From Azolla caroliniana (Eukaryota; Plantae; Polypodiophyta), in assembly GCA_043228905.1 (NCBI GenBank), contig JBHGNT010000020.1, positions 620,001 through 684,000 of the forward strand: a stretch of 64,000 nt of DNA, written 5' to 3'. Positions 61,935 to 64,000 of the stretch are shown here, in pieces. The stretch's first letter is position 1, and every line of letters starts with the position of its first letter. Both the position numbers and the translations under genes were made by a program. The notes beneath the pieces were generated by a model that saw nothing but the letters and a program-made list of their open reading frames with translations, searched no databases and was not told the DNA's origin.

Positions 61935-62324
61935 GTCAACAGAGTGACCATCCGGAACGCAGGAATTGGACCGACCATAGACGAGTTCGCGGAGGCCTTC
62001 GCCGAAAGGTCGATTTACTCGGTCGGTGATCTGTACTCGGGGTACGACCAGTTCCAGCTAGCCATGGAGAGCAGAGACATTACGACGATGCGAACTCCCC
62101 TCGGCCTAGTGCGAATGTGTACCCTGCCGGTCAACAGAGTGACCATCCGGAACGCAGGAATTGGACCGACCATAGACGAGGTCGCGGAGGCCTTCGCCGG
62201 AAGGTCGATTTACTCGGTCGGTGATCTGTACTCGGGGTACGACCAGTTCCAGGTAGCCATGGAGAGCAGAGACATTACGACGATGCGAACTCCCCTCGGC
62301 CTAGTGCGAATGTGTACCCTGCCA
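61935..62324 (+). repeat. 195-bp (65-codon) in-frame tandem duplication in the RT of D
   Basis: VNRVTIRNAG...VRMCTLP occurs twice, starting at 61935 and 62130. Confidence 0.93.
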
Positions 62325-64000
62325 CAAGGAGGGACCAACACGGTGGCCCACATGGTGAATGCAATGAACAAAGTACTGAGGGATTGCATCCCGGACATCA
62401 CCATGTCGTTTCTAGACGACATCCCTATCAAGGGGTGCCCGGTGGAAGAGAAGGACGAGACACTCGGGCCGGACGGATGCCGGCGATTCGTAGCAACACA
62501 CATCGACGACTGCGAGAAGGTCCTACAAAGGCTAGAGGATGCGAGGCTCACCTTCTCCGGGGAGAAATCGGCCTTCGGGCAATCAGAAATCCTGGTGGTC
62601 GGGCACCTATGTGGACCATATGGCCGGAAGCCGTCTCCTGCAAAGGTAGAAGCCATCTCCGCGATGAAGACCGACTATAGCTCGGTTACGGAAGTTCGGA
62701 GGTTCCTGGGGGCATGCATGTTCTACCACATATGGATCCCGCATTACGCCCACGTTGCGGAGCCACTATACGGGTTGCTGAAGAAGGGGCAAAGATTCAA
62801 GTAGCGAGACGAGCACACGGAGTCGGTCCGGAAGCTGAAGGAAGCTCTTGCGGCAGCACCGGCGCTCCGGAAGGCGGTCTACGAGAAGGGTACCCCGGTA
62901 TACATAACGGTGGATACGAGCCCGACCGGGATCGGATGGGTCGTCAACCAAGAAGATGAGAACGGCATTCGGTTCCCGATCCGATTCGGCGCGAAGGTCC
63001 TCAGTGAGCGACAGCGAGGGTACGCCCAGGTTAAACGCGAACTTTGGGGTATCGTTTCGGCAGTAAAGGCCGACAAAGACTACCTGATCGGGACAGAAGT
63101 GATTATCGAGACGGATTGCCTGCCAATTCTCGGCATGGTTTCCGGATGCGCGACACCGGACCTGGCGATGCTCAGGTGGATAGCGTACATCAAGTCCCTG
63201 GACCCGGAAATACGGCACATTTCCGGAAAGGACAACGCCATGGCCGACATGCTTTCGAGGGCGAGGTTTGATGACGAGGGCGGCATGGTTTCGGAGGACG
63301 AAGAAGTCGGCGTGGACTTCTTCGAGGCAGCGTACGTGACGACCGATGGGACGAGCACTCAGGCACTTAACGACTTCAACGAGAGCAAGTACGACGGCGA
63401 GTGGCTCCGGATCGGTGGATTTTTTAGGACAATGACGCCGGATGCGTCGTGGACGAAGGACGAGGCCAACCGGATCCGGAAGAAAGCTTACCGATTCTTT
63501 CTCCAGGACGGATACTTTTGGAAGCACCCGAAGAAGAGGAACGGCGTCCCGCTCCGGGTGGTGGCGATGAAGGAAGAACAGGAGGAGCTGCTGACGGGCT
63601 ACCACGACAGCCCTTGGGCCGGACACCGTGGAACGTGGGTCACGTTCGAGAAGATAAAGGGGAAGTACTGGTGGCCAGGACTGTACCGGGATGTGCATCG
63701 GTTCGTGACGACTTGCGAGAGCTGTCAGATGCACTCCGTAGTCCGACATCGGGACGAGCTTCACCCTACGTACCCTCCGACCATCCACTTCAAATGGATG
63801 GTAGACCTGGTGACGATGCCGATGGGAGTAGGACAGATGCGGTATCTAGTCCTGGCTCGGGAAGATCTGACGAACCAGGTGGAAGGCCGAGCCCGTCAGA
63901 ACAAAACGACCACAGCCATATGTCGGTTCTTGATCGAGGACGTGATATGCCGGTACGGGTGCGTCGGGAAGATCGTGGCTGATCGCGGGGAGTTGGACGC

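Larger units (their letters stand above)
58359..64000 (+). mobile_element. Gypsy element D (same family): 5' LTR 58359-58991, PBS-Trp 58995-59012, intact gag-PR, damaged pol; runs off the window
   Basis: TGTCGTGAAG start, inserted in the integrase of C after ACGG. Pol has a stop at 62802-62804. Confidence 0.95.

Noticed and set aside
44211-63982. Numerous antisense and alternate-frame ORFs over the gypsy coding regions
   Set aside because: Expected shadow ORFs in GC-rich coding DNA. Their recurrence reflects copy homology.

Overview
Eukaryotic plant nuclear DNA. The PLS-type PPR remnant and the retroelement lineages suggest a fern or another seed-free vascular plant (inference). The left part (1-36 kb) is AT-rich. 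It holds decayed copia/gypsy remnants, a CACTA-like element with a spliced, degenerate FCP1/NIF-like domain gene, a hAT MITE, one apparently intact spliced ARID-domain gene (- strand), a PLS-E PPR pseudogene, solo LTRs, Helitron-like ends, and a candidate unclassified structured ncRNA behind a USE+TATA (snRNA-type) promoter at about 24.5-24.9 kb. The right part (36-64 kb) is a multi-level nest of LTR retrotransposons: copia F > copia E > gypsy B > intact gypsy A, and E > gypsy C > gypsy D. The GC-rich gypsy family has an unusual set of traits: a tRNA-Trp primer with a U5 motif complementary to the tRNA T-stem, protease (DHG) fused to Gag, a G-GAU-UUU-UAG -1 frameshift with a pseudoknot into RT-RH-INT, and 4-bp target duplications centred on CpG. 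All calls come from reading the sequence by eye. No searches were run.
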